A DNA stretch of 38,949 nucleotides. It comes from an uncultured Candidatus Nitrosopumilus sp. Its GTDB lineage: Archaea > Thermoproteota > Nitrososphaeria > Nitrososphaerales > Nitrosopumilaceae. A model generated the notes under the pieces. The model saw nothing but the letters and a program-made list of their open reading frames with translations. It did no database searches and was not told where the DNA came from. Shown piece after piece: positions 8,424 to 16,318 of the stretch. The translations under genes were made by a program, and so were the position numbers. The stretch spans positions 1 to 38,949 of the forward strand of contig CAJQMY010000008.1 of assembly GCA_905479565.1 (NCBI GenBank), in the 5' to 3' direction. The first letter of the stretch is position 1. Each line of letters opens with the position of its first letter.

Positions 8424-9803
8424 TTAAATAGGTTTTCCTTTATGTTGATAATCTATTACCTTATGGAACAAATTATGAGATGAGACAACAGTTAACGAAA
8501 CAAAGAATATTCCAATGAAATTTCTAATGGTCATCAATTCACTAGGTTCAGATGCTATTAACGAAGTTTGAAAAACAACGTAAAAATTATCAAATAACCA
8601 AAATACCAGAGTTATCCAAGAAAGAATACCCGCCATAAAATAACCCAAGCGAGTTTTATTATGAATAAAAACTAAAGAAGTAAAAATCACGGTATACCAA
8701 AAAAACGAATCAATTAACCATAGAGGTTGATAAACATCAGGTCTATCATCCAACCAATAATAAGAAGTTCCAATAACAGCCAAAGCTAATAAAGATATTT
8801 GAATTAGTTTTTGATTAATTTTAAAACCTGTTTTCTCTTCTTTTATTTTTGATGGAGAAGGTGTCGAAATCATTTCTTTTGTTGCGATATCAATAGATTC
8901 ACGAACAGATTTAAGATGAATTGGAATGATTTTTGTAATTTTATCATCAGTAACAACAGTATCATGTACAAGACTATCAATTAGAGGTCTAGCAAGTGAA
9001 GCTTTGACGGGAGTGATAAGATCCACCCAATAAGATGAGAGTCGAGTGGTCAAAAAAGGAATTTGTAAAACGAAAAGATTCCTATTCAAATATGCAGAAT
9101 AAATACGCATTAATTCTTCATAAGTTATTTTATCAGGACCTCCAATTTCAAAAATTTGATCAACAGTTTTAGGCTTTGAAAGACATTCTGCCAAATAGAA
9201 AATCACATCGTCAACCGCAATGGGTTGAGCCAATGATTTAACCCAAGAAGGACAAACCATTACAGGCAATCGCTCTACAAGATAACGAAGCATAGCGTAT
9301 GAACCACCCTGGGCACCGATAATTAACGATGCACGAAATTCAGTTACAGGAATTGTACCAGAACGAAGTATATCACCCACATCTTTACGACTTTTCATGT
9401 GAGGAGATAATTCCAAACTATCATTGACCAATCCCCCCAAATAGATAATTCTCTTCACACCAGCTTTTGTTGCAGATTTAAGAAAGTTTTGAGCTTGAAC
9501 TTTTTCACGATTTGCAAATTCTTGCCATTCACTTTTACTGCCTTCCATCGAATGAAGCAAGTAGTATACAATCTCAATTCCCTGCATAGATTGATCTAAT
9601 TTGTCATTATCAAAAACATCGGCCTGAACATATTTTACATTCTGTGTGTTACTTAATTTTTGCCTACTCAAACCAGTTACAGTGTAACCGTTTGATGACA
9701 ACAAGGATACCAATCTAGAGCCAATAAAACCAGTAGTACCAGTTACCATTATCGAAAAAGGAAAAGACTGATCAATTGTTTTGCGTAACATAATTTGCCC
9801 CAT
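8424..9803 (-). CDS. NAD(P)-binding SDR/NmrA-like protein fused to a C-terminal 4-TM membrane domain
   Basis: 459 aa. It has an N-terminal Rossmann motif VTGTTGFIGSRLV. The last 130 aa or so contain four hydrophobic helices (LIQISLLALAVIG..., FFWYTVIFTSLVFI..., GILSWITLVFWLF..., FIGIFFVSLTVV...). Confidence 0.75.
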   Translation of the reverse strand: MGQIMLRKTIDQSFPFSIMVTGTTGFIGSRLVSLLSSNGYTVTGLSRQKLSNTQNVKYVQADVFDNDKLDQSMQGIEIVYYLLHSMEGSKSEWQEFANREKVQAQNFLKSATKAGVKRIIYLGGLVNDSLELSPHMKSRKDVGDILRSGTIPVTEFRASLIIGAQGGSYAMLRYLVERLPVMVCPSWVKSLAQPIAVDDVIFYLAECLSKPKTVDQIFEIGGPDKITYEELMRIYSAYLNRNLFVLQIPFLTTRLSSYWVDLITPVKASLARPLIDSLVHDTVVTDDKITKIIPIHLKSVRESIDIATKEMISTPSPSKIKEEKTGFKINQKLIQISLLALAVIGTSYYWLDDRPDVYQPLWLIDSFFWYTVIFTSLVFIHNKTRLGYFMAGILSWITLVFWLFDNFYVVFQTSLIASEPSELMTIRNFIGIFFVSLTVVSSHNLFHKVIDYQHKGKPI

Positions 9804-9823
9804 GCGGATTTTTTTATTGCGAA

Positions 9824-9862
9824 TTATTTAAACTAGTGATAATTACTGATAATAGTGGTAAT
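9824..9862 (-). promoter_or_regulatory. promoter of 8424-9803: TATA (TTTAAATAA) plus the same 11-mer pair as at 7767/7786
   Basis: The plus strand reads ttatttaaa CTAGTGATAAT (9833-9843) N8 ATAGTGGTAAT (9852-9862). The 19-bp box spacing is identical to the 7758-7796 promoter. The TATA is about 25 nt from the ATG at 9803. Confidence 0.55.
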
Positions 9863-9905
9863 TTAGAGTCGAGCCTGAAAATTCAGTCATTAAATATGAA
9901 TAGTT

Positions 9906-9942
9906 TTGGCACTATAAACCAATATTAGCACCAGTTAAATAA
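9906..9942 (+). promoter_or_regulatory. promoter of the CarH-like gene: TTGGCACTAT - N9 - TTAGCACCAG - TTAAATAA
   Basis: The distal box is at 9906-9915 and the proximal box at 9925-9934, directly abutting the TATA at 9935-9942. The ATG at 9963 lies about 25 nt from the TATA centre. Confidence 0.55.
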
Positions 9943-9962
9943 CACATTATAAAAAAATAATC

Positions 9963-10805
9963 ATGGTGTACATTAGAGCCAAGAAGGTAAAATCTGATCA
10001 ATACCTTTACCTGGTCAAAAGTGTCTGGGATTCAAAAAAAAGTACATCTAAACAAGAAATTGTAAAATATCTTGGAAAAGCATCAGAAGTTGTAAAGGAT
10101 GACATTCCAGTAAAGTATAGAGACAACCCCAAAGTTCTTTCAGTACTAGCATCATTTAATCCAAAAGACATTAAAAAAAGAGAAGAGTCAACAAGGAAAT
10201 CAAAGCAACAACTTTACAAGAAATTAACAGAGGGCAACATTAACGAGTGTGTAAAAATATATGAAGAATATACAAAAATTTTCAATCCAGCTGATTTTTT
10301 CGATAAGATTCTAAAACAAGTAATGTTTGATATTGGAGAAGACTGGGCAACCAATAAAATAAGCATTGCAACAGAGCATGTTGCAAGCAATATTGCAGAA
10401 ACATTGGTCAAAATAATTATGGATAGTGTTTCAGGAGCAGTAAATAAGAAAAAAGTTCTAATATGCGTACCTGTGGGCGAAGAGCATCATTTGGGATGCG
10501 ATGTCTTAGAAACATATCTTTCAATTAAGGGATTCAAAGTATACAACATGAGAACATCAATGCCAACAGAAACTATAATCGATTTTATTGAAAATAATAA
10601 ACCAGATATGGCATTTATCTCAATAACATTGCCAGACAATATTATAGCTGGTCAAAGACTAGTAAGAAAAATTAATGATGAATGTAAGATTCCAATTCTA
10701 ATTGGCGGGTATGCTATGCAATCAAAAAAAATACCAAAGTTTGAAGGAAAAGTAATTTCAGAATCAAATTTGGATGAATTACCAAAAATTATCAGAAATT
10801 TATAA
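9963..10805 (+). CDS. CarH/LitR-type cobalamin (B12)-binding photoreceptor-like protein with a non-MerR N-terminal domain
   Basis: 280 aa. GEDW128ATNKISIATE138H139VAS is an exact Wx9EH motif in the helical-bundle region. VPVGE173EH175HLG178CD is ExHxxG at the start of a Rossmann-type B12-binding domain (VLICVP...FKVYNM...MAFISITL...PILIGG). The N-terminal 45 aa (MVYIRAKKVKSDQYLYLVKSVWDSKKSTSKQEIVKYLG) are basic and contain no recognisable MerR HTH. Confidence 0.75.
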   Translation: MVYIRAKKVKSDQYLYLVKSVWDSKKSTSKQEIVKYLGKASEVVKDDIPVKYRDNPKVLSVLASFNPKDIKKREESTRKSKQQLYKKLTEGNINECVKIYEEYTKIFNPADFFDKILKQVMFDIGEDWATNKISIATEHVASNIAETLVKIIMDSVSGAVNKKKVLICVPVGEEHHLGCDVLETYLSIKGFKVYNMRTSMPTETIIDFIENNKPDMAFISITLPDNIIAGQRLVRKINDECKIPILIGGYAMQSKKIPKFEGKVISESNLDELPKIIRNL

Positions 10806-10814
10806 TTAAAAATA

Positions 10815-11513
10815 TCAGCATTTCAGATAAGATTCAATCTTTGGATGACATAGAATAGAACTATGTGCAGCAGAGTCAGTTCCAATACCATAACTTACAG
10901 TTGAATCTCCAACAAAAAATAGTCCTTCAATCCCAGAAATTTGGTGAGGCATTTTTGATTTCCACACTTTTCCAGGCTCCTTTACTACAGATTCAACTAA
11001 TTTCCAGGCCATAGGGCGCTCCCAAATTAAATCAGACTCAAATTTTGGATAAATTGATGTTATCTCATTTTTCATTTTATCAACAATGCTTTTGATAGCA
11101 TTGGTATCATCAGTCACTTCAGGACTTACAGGAGTTCCCGCAATAATCAAGTGCTCACCAGGAGGAGAAACAGATGGAGTAATGTTAGAAATAAAAAATA
11201 TTCCTTTAGTAGTGTATTCAGTACCTACAGGAAATACAACCTGACGTGAATCAATTTTTGATTTTAGTGCAAAATGAACTTCAATTACAGACGTGGTCTT
11301 GTTTAATTTGTTAATTTTTTGAATAAATTTCTCGTCAATGATATTTTTATCAAATAATTGATTTAGTGCATGATATGCAGGATATGAGATAACAACACAA
11401 TTTGTAGAAATGTGTTGCTCAATTCCGCTTATATCTTTGACGAGTATGCCTGTAACCTTGGAATTCTCAACAATAATTTTTTTTAACAGATTGTTGTGTA
11501 TCGACTTCCCCAT
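10815..11513 (-). CDS. FAD-dependent oxidoreductase of the phytoene-desaturase/amine-oxidase (CrtI-like) family, C-terminal fragment
   Basis: ...KIIVENSKVTGILVKD...FFVGDSTVSYGIGTDSAAHSSILC has the C-terminal FAD-contact motif of the family. It continues the gene begun at 12161 via a middle segment in a third frame, with a break in the T8 run at 11477-11484. Confidence 0.75.
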   Translation of the reverse strand: MGKSIHNNLLKKIIVENSKVTGILVKDISGIEQHISTNCVVISYPAYHALNQLFDKNIIDEKFIQKINKLNKTTSVIEVHFALKSKIDSRQVVFPVGTEYTTKGIFFISNITPSVSPPGEHLIIAGTPVSPEVTDDTNAIKSIVDKMKNEITSIYPKFESDLIWERPMAWKLVESVVKEPGKVWKSKMPHQISGIEGLFFVGDSTVSYGIGTDSAAHSSILCHPKIESYLKC

Positions 11514-11618
11514 TTTTCAATAAAATATAATCAGACAAAACATGAGATATGGAATCATATCCACCATTATCAGGATATGCAAATTCGCTTGTTCCCCCCT
11601 TAAACGGATTTGCTCTAA

Positions 11619-12161
11619 TCAAGTACGAGTGAATTCACCTAGCGATATATGATCTGCAGTATCTGCAAATGCCAACATACAAACAGATTCAAAAAAAGCA
11701 TTTGTATCAAAATCTAAATTTTTAGTAATATCAGTCAAAGGAACATCATCCCACAATTCAGTTTTTTCTAAAGAAGTGAATGCCAAAGGAAACAGAATTC
11801 TTAAAAGTTTGACCCTGCTTTTGAAAGGTAACAACGAAAGTCGGAGTAAATCCAAGATTCCTTTTGGATAACCGTGAAAACCACATGTGGAATAAAATGC
11901 AATGTCATTTACTTTTGCAAGTATCAAATTAGAGTCAATTTTTAATTTTTTCAGCACAGTGAAAATTGCAGATTTTTTATAAAACGGCATTATATGAAAC
12001 CCATTATCAAGTATATGATTTCTAAATTTTACAGAAGCAGTCCTGCCTCCTAATTTTGAAGACTTTTCTAAAACTCGAACTTTATGGCCTTCGGTGGACA
12101 ATAGTGCTGCGATGGTTAGCCCACCCACGCCTGCGCCAATCACAATTATAGGCATGCTCAT
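11619..12161 (-). CDS. FAD-dependent oxidoreductase (CrtI-like family), N-terminal fragment
   Basis: MSMPIIVIGAGVGGLTIAALLSTEGHKVRVLEKSSKLGGR is the GxGxxG...E...GGR dinucleotide-binding motif. Downstream, in another frame (11514-11620), the sequence reads LIRANPFKGGTSEFAYPDNGGYDSISHVLSDYILLKNGEVDTQQSVKK, the family's YPxGG segment. Confidence 0.8.
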   Translation of the reverse strand: MSMPIIVIGAGVGGLTIAALLSTEGHKVRVLEKSSKLGGRTASVKFRNHILDNGFHIMPFYKKSAIFTVLKKLKIDSNLILAKVNDIAFYSTCGFHGYPKGILDLLRLSLLPFKSRVKLLRILFPLAFTSLEKTELWDDVPLTDITKNLDFDTNAFFESVCMLAFADTADHISLGEFTRT

Positions 12162-12215
12162 GAACGATTTATGAAAAAATATTATATATACAGATGCTAA
12201 CTAATTAAAATAGTG

Positions 12216-12671
12216 CTAACTTGAGGATAACTTGCTTTTAATCGAATATTTTTCTGCACAATTAATGAACTCAAGCATCACATGGCTCATTTTTTTGCGA
12301 AGAATTTTCTTTACGAATGGAATATACTTTAGAATACCGTTTATTTTCAAATTTACAGAAATTGAAATTAAGGTACCAGAAGAAGATGACTCATAGTTTT
12401 CAATAAAGGAAGTTCCTTTTAATGGGCCTGTCAAAATAAAGACTTTATATATATTTGGAGGTAAAACAAGATGCATAGTTTTAACTTTCACAGATTGTCC
12501 TAAAAAATTAATTTTTTCTGAAACAACAATGCCAGATTCATCTTCACTAAGAATGTCTAATGATTTAAAATAATTTGGCATGATGGTGTGGAAATTATTT
12601 ACATCAGTGCTAATCTTAAAAACTACTTCACGATTTAGTGAAGACTGTCCATATAAACCAAAATTAATCAT
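12216..12671 (-). CDS. SRPBCC-like ligand-binding protein
   Basis: 151 aa. ...VFKISTDVNNFHTIMPNYFKSLDILSEDESGIVVSEKI... follows the same pattern as ORF 4384-4812. Its start overlaps the upstream gene's stop (ATGA). Confidence 0.5.
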   Translation of the reverse strand: MINFGLYGQSSLNREVVFKISTDVNNFHTIMPNYFKSLDILSEDESGIVVSEKINFLGQSVKVKTMHLVLPPNIYKVFILTGPLKGTSFIENYESSSSGTLISISVNLKINGILKYIPFVKKILRKKMSHVMLEFINCAEKYSIKSKLSSS

Positions 12672-13102
12672 GATAAAATTTCCGGTTCAATATGCCCCCA
12701 CAGATTTGATTTGGTAACAACTAGACTAGAATCAAATTTTTTCATTTGTAAATAAACCAAAGATAATGATTTCTTAACAGAATTAGTTTTTTCAGGATCT
12801 GTTAAAGATAATAATCTAATAGTTGTTTTTTTAGAACTGGCAGATACTTGAATAAAAAATTCTTGATGTAATTCATCAATTACTACTACAGATAACAATG
12901 CGCTCAATCCATTACTATCGACATAAATATTTGAAATTCTTATCAGGGGGGATTTTTGAAAATAAGGTGAAAATAACTTTGAAAACTCTAAAAGATTCAC
13001 TTGTTTATTTACAACAATATGTGGCAATTGTAATTTTTTTAATTTTATTTTATTTATAGAAGAGTGAAAAAATAACCTAGTGCTAAAAATACTTGCTCTC
13101 AT
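12668..13102 (-). CDS. hypothetical protein, co-operonic with the SRPBCC gene
   Basis: 144-aa ORF with a 4-nt overlap onto 12216-12671. I recognise no family. Confidence 0.45.
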   Translation of the reverse strand: MRASIFSTRLFFHSSINKIKLKKLQLPHIVVNKQVNLLEFSKLFSPYFQKSPLIRISNIYVDSNGLSALLSVVVIDELHQEFFIQVSASSKKTTIRLLSLTDPEKTNSVKKSLSLVYLQMKKFDSSLVVTKSNLWGHIEPEILS

Positions 13103-13119
13103 AATAACATAGGTTCAGT

Positions 13120-13156
13120 TTAGCACTAGATTTGCAAACATAAGCACCTTAAATAA
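13120..13156 (+). promoter_or_regulatory. promoter of the TFB operon: TTAGCACTAG - N11 - TAAGCACC - TTAAATAA
   Basis: Boxes are at 13120-13129 and 13141-13148, with the TATA at 13149-13156. The ATG at 13177 is about 25 nt from the TATA centre. Confidence 0.55.
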
Positions 13157-13176
13157 TTTAGAACCGTATTAGCAGT

Positions 13177-14088
13177 ATGTTAGCTGAATTAGTGCATCAA
13201 AAAAATTGTAAAAAAAACAATATGATTATGGATGCAGACACAGGGGAATTAGCATGTAGTAATTGTGGAGCCGTTTCCTTAGAGAAAATTATTGATATGA
13301 CCGCAGAATTCAGTGGTTTTAGCTCAGAAGGACATTATAATAATTCCAGAGTAGGTATGAAGACATCATTAAAGATGGCAGACAGAGGATTATCCACAAT
13401 CATGGAATCTCAAGATAAAGATTCATCAGGTAAAAGATTATCAAGTGAAAATCGTAGATTGTTTTATCGCCTCAGAATATGGGATAGAAACAGTCGCTCA
13501 TCAATTTCTGTTAAGTCATTTCAAAAGGCATTTACATTGTTAGATGGAATGAGCTCAAAATTAGGATTGCCAGAATCTGTAATAGAGGAGACGGCATACT
13601 TGTTTAGAAAAATTGCTGCAAAGAAAATTCTTGCAGGAAGATCCACATCAGCAGTATTATGTGCTTCTGTATACATGACTTGCAGATTAACAGACACTCC
13701 AAGAACTCTGCATGATGTTGCAAATGCAGGGAATCTAAAGAAAAAGCATTTGCAAAGAATATATCGATTTTTAATAAAAGAATTGGAATTATATCCTGAA
13801 ACATATAATCCAAGAGAATTTGTTACACGAGTTGCAAAGGCAGTAGGATTACCTGAGAAAACTGAAAGATTGGCTTTCAAAATATTGAGCATTTCTGAAA
13901 AGAACAATGTTTCAACTAGTAAAAATCCAATGGCAATGGCGGCTTCTGCAATTAATCTTGCATCAGTGATGAATAATGAAAAAATTACTCAGCTAAAAAT
14001 TTCAGAAGCTTCAGGCATTAGTGCAGTAACCATCAGAGATAGAACAAAAGAGATCAAAGAAAAAATCGGAGGTGAAGTCAATGGGTAG
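13177..14088 (+). CDS. tfb: transcription initiation factor IIB (TFB) paralog
   Basis: 303 aa. It has an N-terminal ribbon (H..NC...DADTGELACSNCG), a B-reader/linker, and two cyclin-fold repeats (GRSTSAVLCASVYMTCR..., PMAMAASAINLAS...). The first Cys pair of the Zn ribbon is degenerate (HxxxC). Confidence 0.9.
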   Translation: MLAELVHQKNCKKNNMIMDADTGELACSNCGAVSLEKIIDMTAEFSGFSSEGHYNNSRVGMKTSLKMADRGLSTIMESQDKDSSGKRLSSENRRLFYRLRIWDRNSRSSISVKSFQKAFTLLDGMSSKLGLPESVIEETAYLFRKIAAKKILAGRSTSAVLCASVYMTCRLTDTPRTLHDVANAGNLKKKHLQRIYRFLIKELELYPETYNPREFVTRVAKAVGLPEKTERLAFKILSISEKNNVSTSKNPMAMAASAINLASVMNNEKITQLKISEASGISAVTIRDRTKEIKEKIGGEVNG

Positions 14089-14266
14089 AACATGTAATAA
14101 TATTTGTGAAAGATACAAAGCCGCACCAGCTCCCAACAGAATCAGGTATGAAATAGGACAAAAAAGATGCACATTTTGCGGAATTTTTGTGCTATCAGAT
14201 AATGCCAGATGTATGTGCTGTAAAGCTGTTTTAAGAACAAAACCACGATCTAGGAAGGCCAAATGA
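14081..14266 (+). CDS. small zinc-ribbon protein (61 aa from ATG 14081)
   Basis: MGRTCNNICERYKAAPAPNRIRYEIGQKRCTFCGIFVLSDNARCMCCKAVLRTKPRSRKAK has Cx3C...CxxC...CxCC and a basic tail. It overlaps the TFB stop by 8 nt and the next gene's ATG by 4 nt. Confidence 0.6.
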   Translation: MGRTCNNICERYKAAPAPNRIRYEIGQKRCTFCGIFVLSDNARCMCCKAVLRTKPRSRKAK

Positions 14267-14592
14267 GAGTTTGGGACATTCCTGTTGAAAACCTTTGTAG
14301 AAACCATCTACTAGGTGAGCATAGGGAGTTACATGCCATGTGGTCTGTCATCACCCAAAATAAGAAAGGATACTCAAAACATCCTGAAACTATCAGATGG
14401 ATTGGAAAATTAAAGGCGTTGTATCTTAGGCACAATCAACAAGTAAATGAAATGAAGAATAGAGGATATAATCACCAAAGTCCATTGGATGCAAAAATTG
14501 CAACAGGTAAATCAAAACAAGACGCATATCTACATACACCAACAAAACAAATCCAAATTCTAAAACAAAAAGAATGCAATTGCAAAGTCTGA
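14263..14592 (+). CDS. pyrimidine-dimer DNA glycosylase, T4 endonuclease V (DenV / Pyr_excise) family
   Basis: MRVWDIPVENLCRNHLLGEHRELHAMWSVI...KGYSKHPE parallels the T4 endoV N-terminus (...LADQHLMAEYRELPRVF...), including the catalytic-region Glu in ExRE. Confidence 0.78.
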   Translation: MRVWDIPVENLCRNHLLGEHRELHAMWSVITQNKKGYSKHPETIRWIGKLKALYLRHNQQVNEMKNRGYNHQSPLDAKIATGKSKQDAYLHTPTKQIQILKQKECNCKV

Positions 14593-14697
14593 TTTTAATT
14601 TTATGCAAAGAATCTTGTTGGCACTAGTCTCAAATTCAGATTTAGGTTAAAAGTTAAAAGATTAAAAATTCAACATGGTAATCAAGGAGATATCTCA

Positions 14698-15309
14698 TTG
14701 AGAGGTATTTTTGAATCTCTTCTTTGTTTTGGAATAATGACGGGATTACTTTTACCAGCAAGACTACTTTTCGTGGAATATATTTCAGATGATTGGTTAG
14801 GGTCATTTGGAATCATTTCTGCAATTTCTATATCAGTCATCATACTTGCAAAAAAACAAAAATTGGGTTTCTTCGGACCTATGCTTGAACGACAGACATA
14901 TAAATTTCAAAGAGGAAAACGCGGAATTCTAGTTTTTGGTGAATCAGTATTTCTTCTTGCACTACTAGGAACGACAATTATTGCCATAGAACAAGGAAAT
15001 TCAGTTTATTCTGATCTAAAATTACAAAATAACAAAAATTTATCTTCAAACTCTGTACAAGTTCAGGTTCTAGAGATAACAAAAGAGTGGACGGCAGTGG
15101 ATTGGATGAAAGGGCATTTGATGGGGATCATAGCCATGATTACAAATTTTCCCGCAATGAGTGCAGCTATTGCATCAATTGATGACGCATCTGGAGGATG
15201 GTTATTACATGTTTACACTGTAGGTTTTGTTGAATACATAGAGTTGTTGGGAATTTTTATATTTTATAGAATCCCCATGGGTAACAAATTGGTCTCCAGA
15301 ACACAATAA
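14698..15309 (+). CDS. polytopic membrane protein, hypothetical
   Basis: 203-aa ORF with several hydrophobic helices; the track start is TTG. An ATG at 14675 sits at leaderless distance from the TATA-like TTAAAAGTTAAAAG (14646-14660), but it is one frame off. This may be another indel. Confidence 0.55.
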   Translation: MRGIFESLLCFGIMTGLLLPARLLFVEYISDDWLGSFGIISAISISVIILAKKQKLGFFGPMLERQTYKFQRGKRGILVFGESVFLLALLGTTIIAIEQGNSVYSDLKLQNNKNLSSNSVQVQVLEITKEWTAVDWMKGHLMGIIAMITNFPAMSAAIASIDDASGGWLLHVYTVGFVEYIELLGIFIFYRIPMGNKLVSRTQ

Positions 15310-15451
15310 CATATTCTATCCTGTTTATTCAGTGAATGCATAAGTTAAATCAGTTTAACACTCATGCCATCAAAGAAATTTTTCTAAACAACAGATTATT
15401 TAAAAAATATCTTTAATGGGATTCGAGAAATAGATGCAGATACGCATTAAA

Positions 15452-16153
15452 TTAAAGAGAATTTACAAATTCGCGTAGTTTCAGAGTTTTTTCTTCAACT
15501 GATAGTGGCAATAGTTTGTTCATCATTGATTTCATTTCTAATTTTTTAGCATCTCTTTCTTCATCAGTTAAAGATTCGAATTGTACTTTCATAGACATGA
15601 AATGCATAATCATCTTTGCCCTCTCATCAAGAGATAATGCAAAAAAGGCATCTTTCACTTCGCCCCATTGTTGTTTTTTGATTTCTCTTTCCTCTGGAGT
15701 TAGATCTGCATAGTGGTCTTTCCATTTTTTGTGAGATTTACTATCAGAAGGTTTAGAATGTTTCCAGTTATCTTTTGAAACGCCATCAGAGACGTATAGT
15801 AATTCACCATTTCCAGCATCAACTAGAACAATATGAGAAATATCATCATTTGCCAAAACACCAATCTTGTAAACAAGAAATCCCTGAGTGACATCAAGTT
15901 TTCCCCACATGGCTTTACTATTTTCAACAGAATTCTCAGCTACTGCCATGGCCACACTCAATACAATTTTTGCATCATCAGAATGATCAGCAGATGTATC
16001 AGTTATTGCGATTGTTCCTGAAATTTCTGGAACTGAGAATTTATCATATTCTGCGCTAACATCAGATGGGGAGTTTGAAAGCAGAGTAATTGCGAAGATA
16101 CTTGCAATAACCATTAGGGGAATTGTAATTTTGGTTTTAGGAATTTTAGCCAA
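15452..16153 (-). CDS. secreted PepSY-like domain protein with a helical repeat tail
   Basis: It has a signal/anchor segment ITIPLMVIASIFAITLL. The segment WGKLDVTQGFLVYKIGVLANDDISHIVLVDAGNGELLYVS fits the PepSY beta pattern. The C-terminus has repeated L(T/S)xEER/EEK helices. Confidence 0.55.
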   Translation of the reverse strand: MAKIPKTKITIPLMVIASIFAITLLSNSPSDVSAEYDKFSVPEISGTIAITDTSADHSDDAKIVLSVAMAVAENSVENSKAMWGKLDVTQGFLVYKIGVLANDDISHIVLVDAGNGELLYVSDGVSKDNWKHSKPSDSKSHKKWKDHYADLTPEEREIKKQQWGEVKDAFFALSLDERAKMIMHFMSMKVQFESLTDEERDAKKLEMKSMMNKLLPLSVEEKTLKLREFVNSL

Positions 16154-16318
16154 GTAACAGATTGAAATTTTTATCCCTTATAACCATCCCTACTGATTTT
16201 ACCTGCTGCTAATTTCAATACAAATGATCCACGAGGATTACCTATCAAATTAGACATTAAAATAGATTCAGACAGGCGTGAAAGTTATTGCTTGTCTTTT
16301 AGCTTGTCAATTAAGTCT

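Noticed and set aside
13521-13907. Minus-strand ORFs 13521-13907 and 13604-13813
   Set aside because: They are antisense within the well-supported TFB gene.
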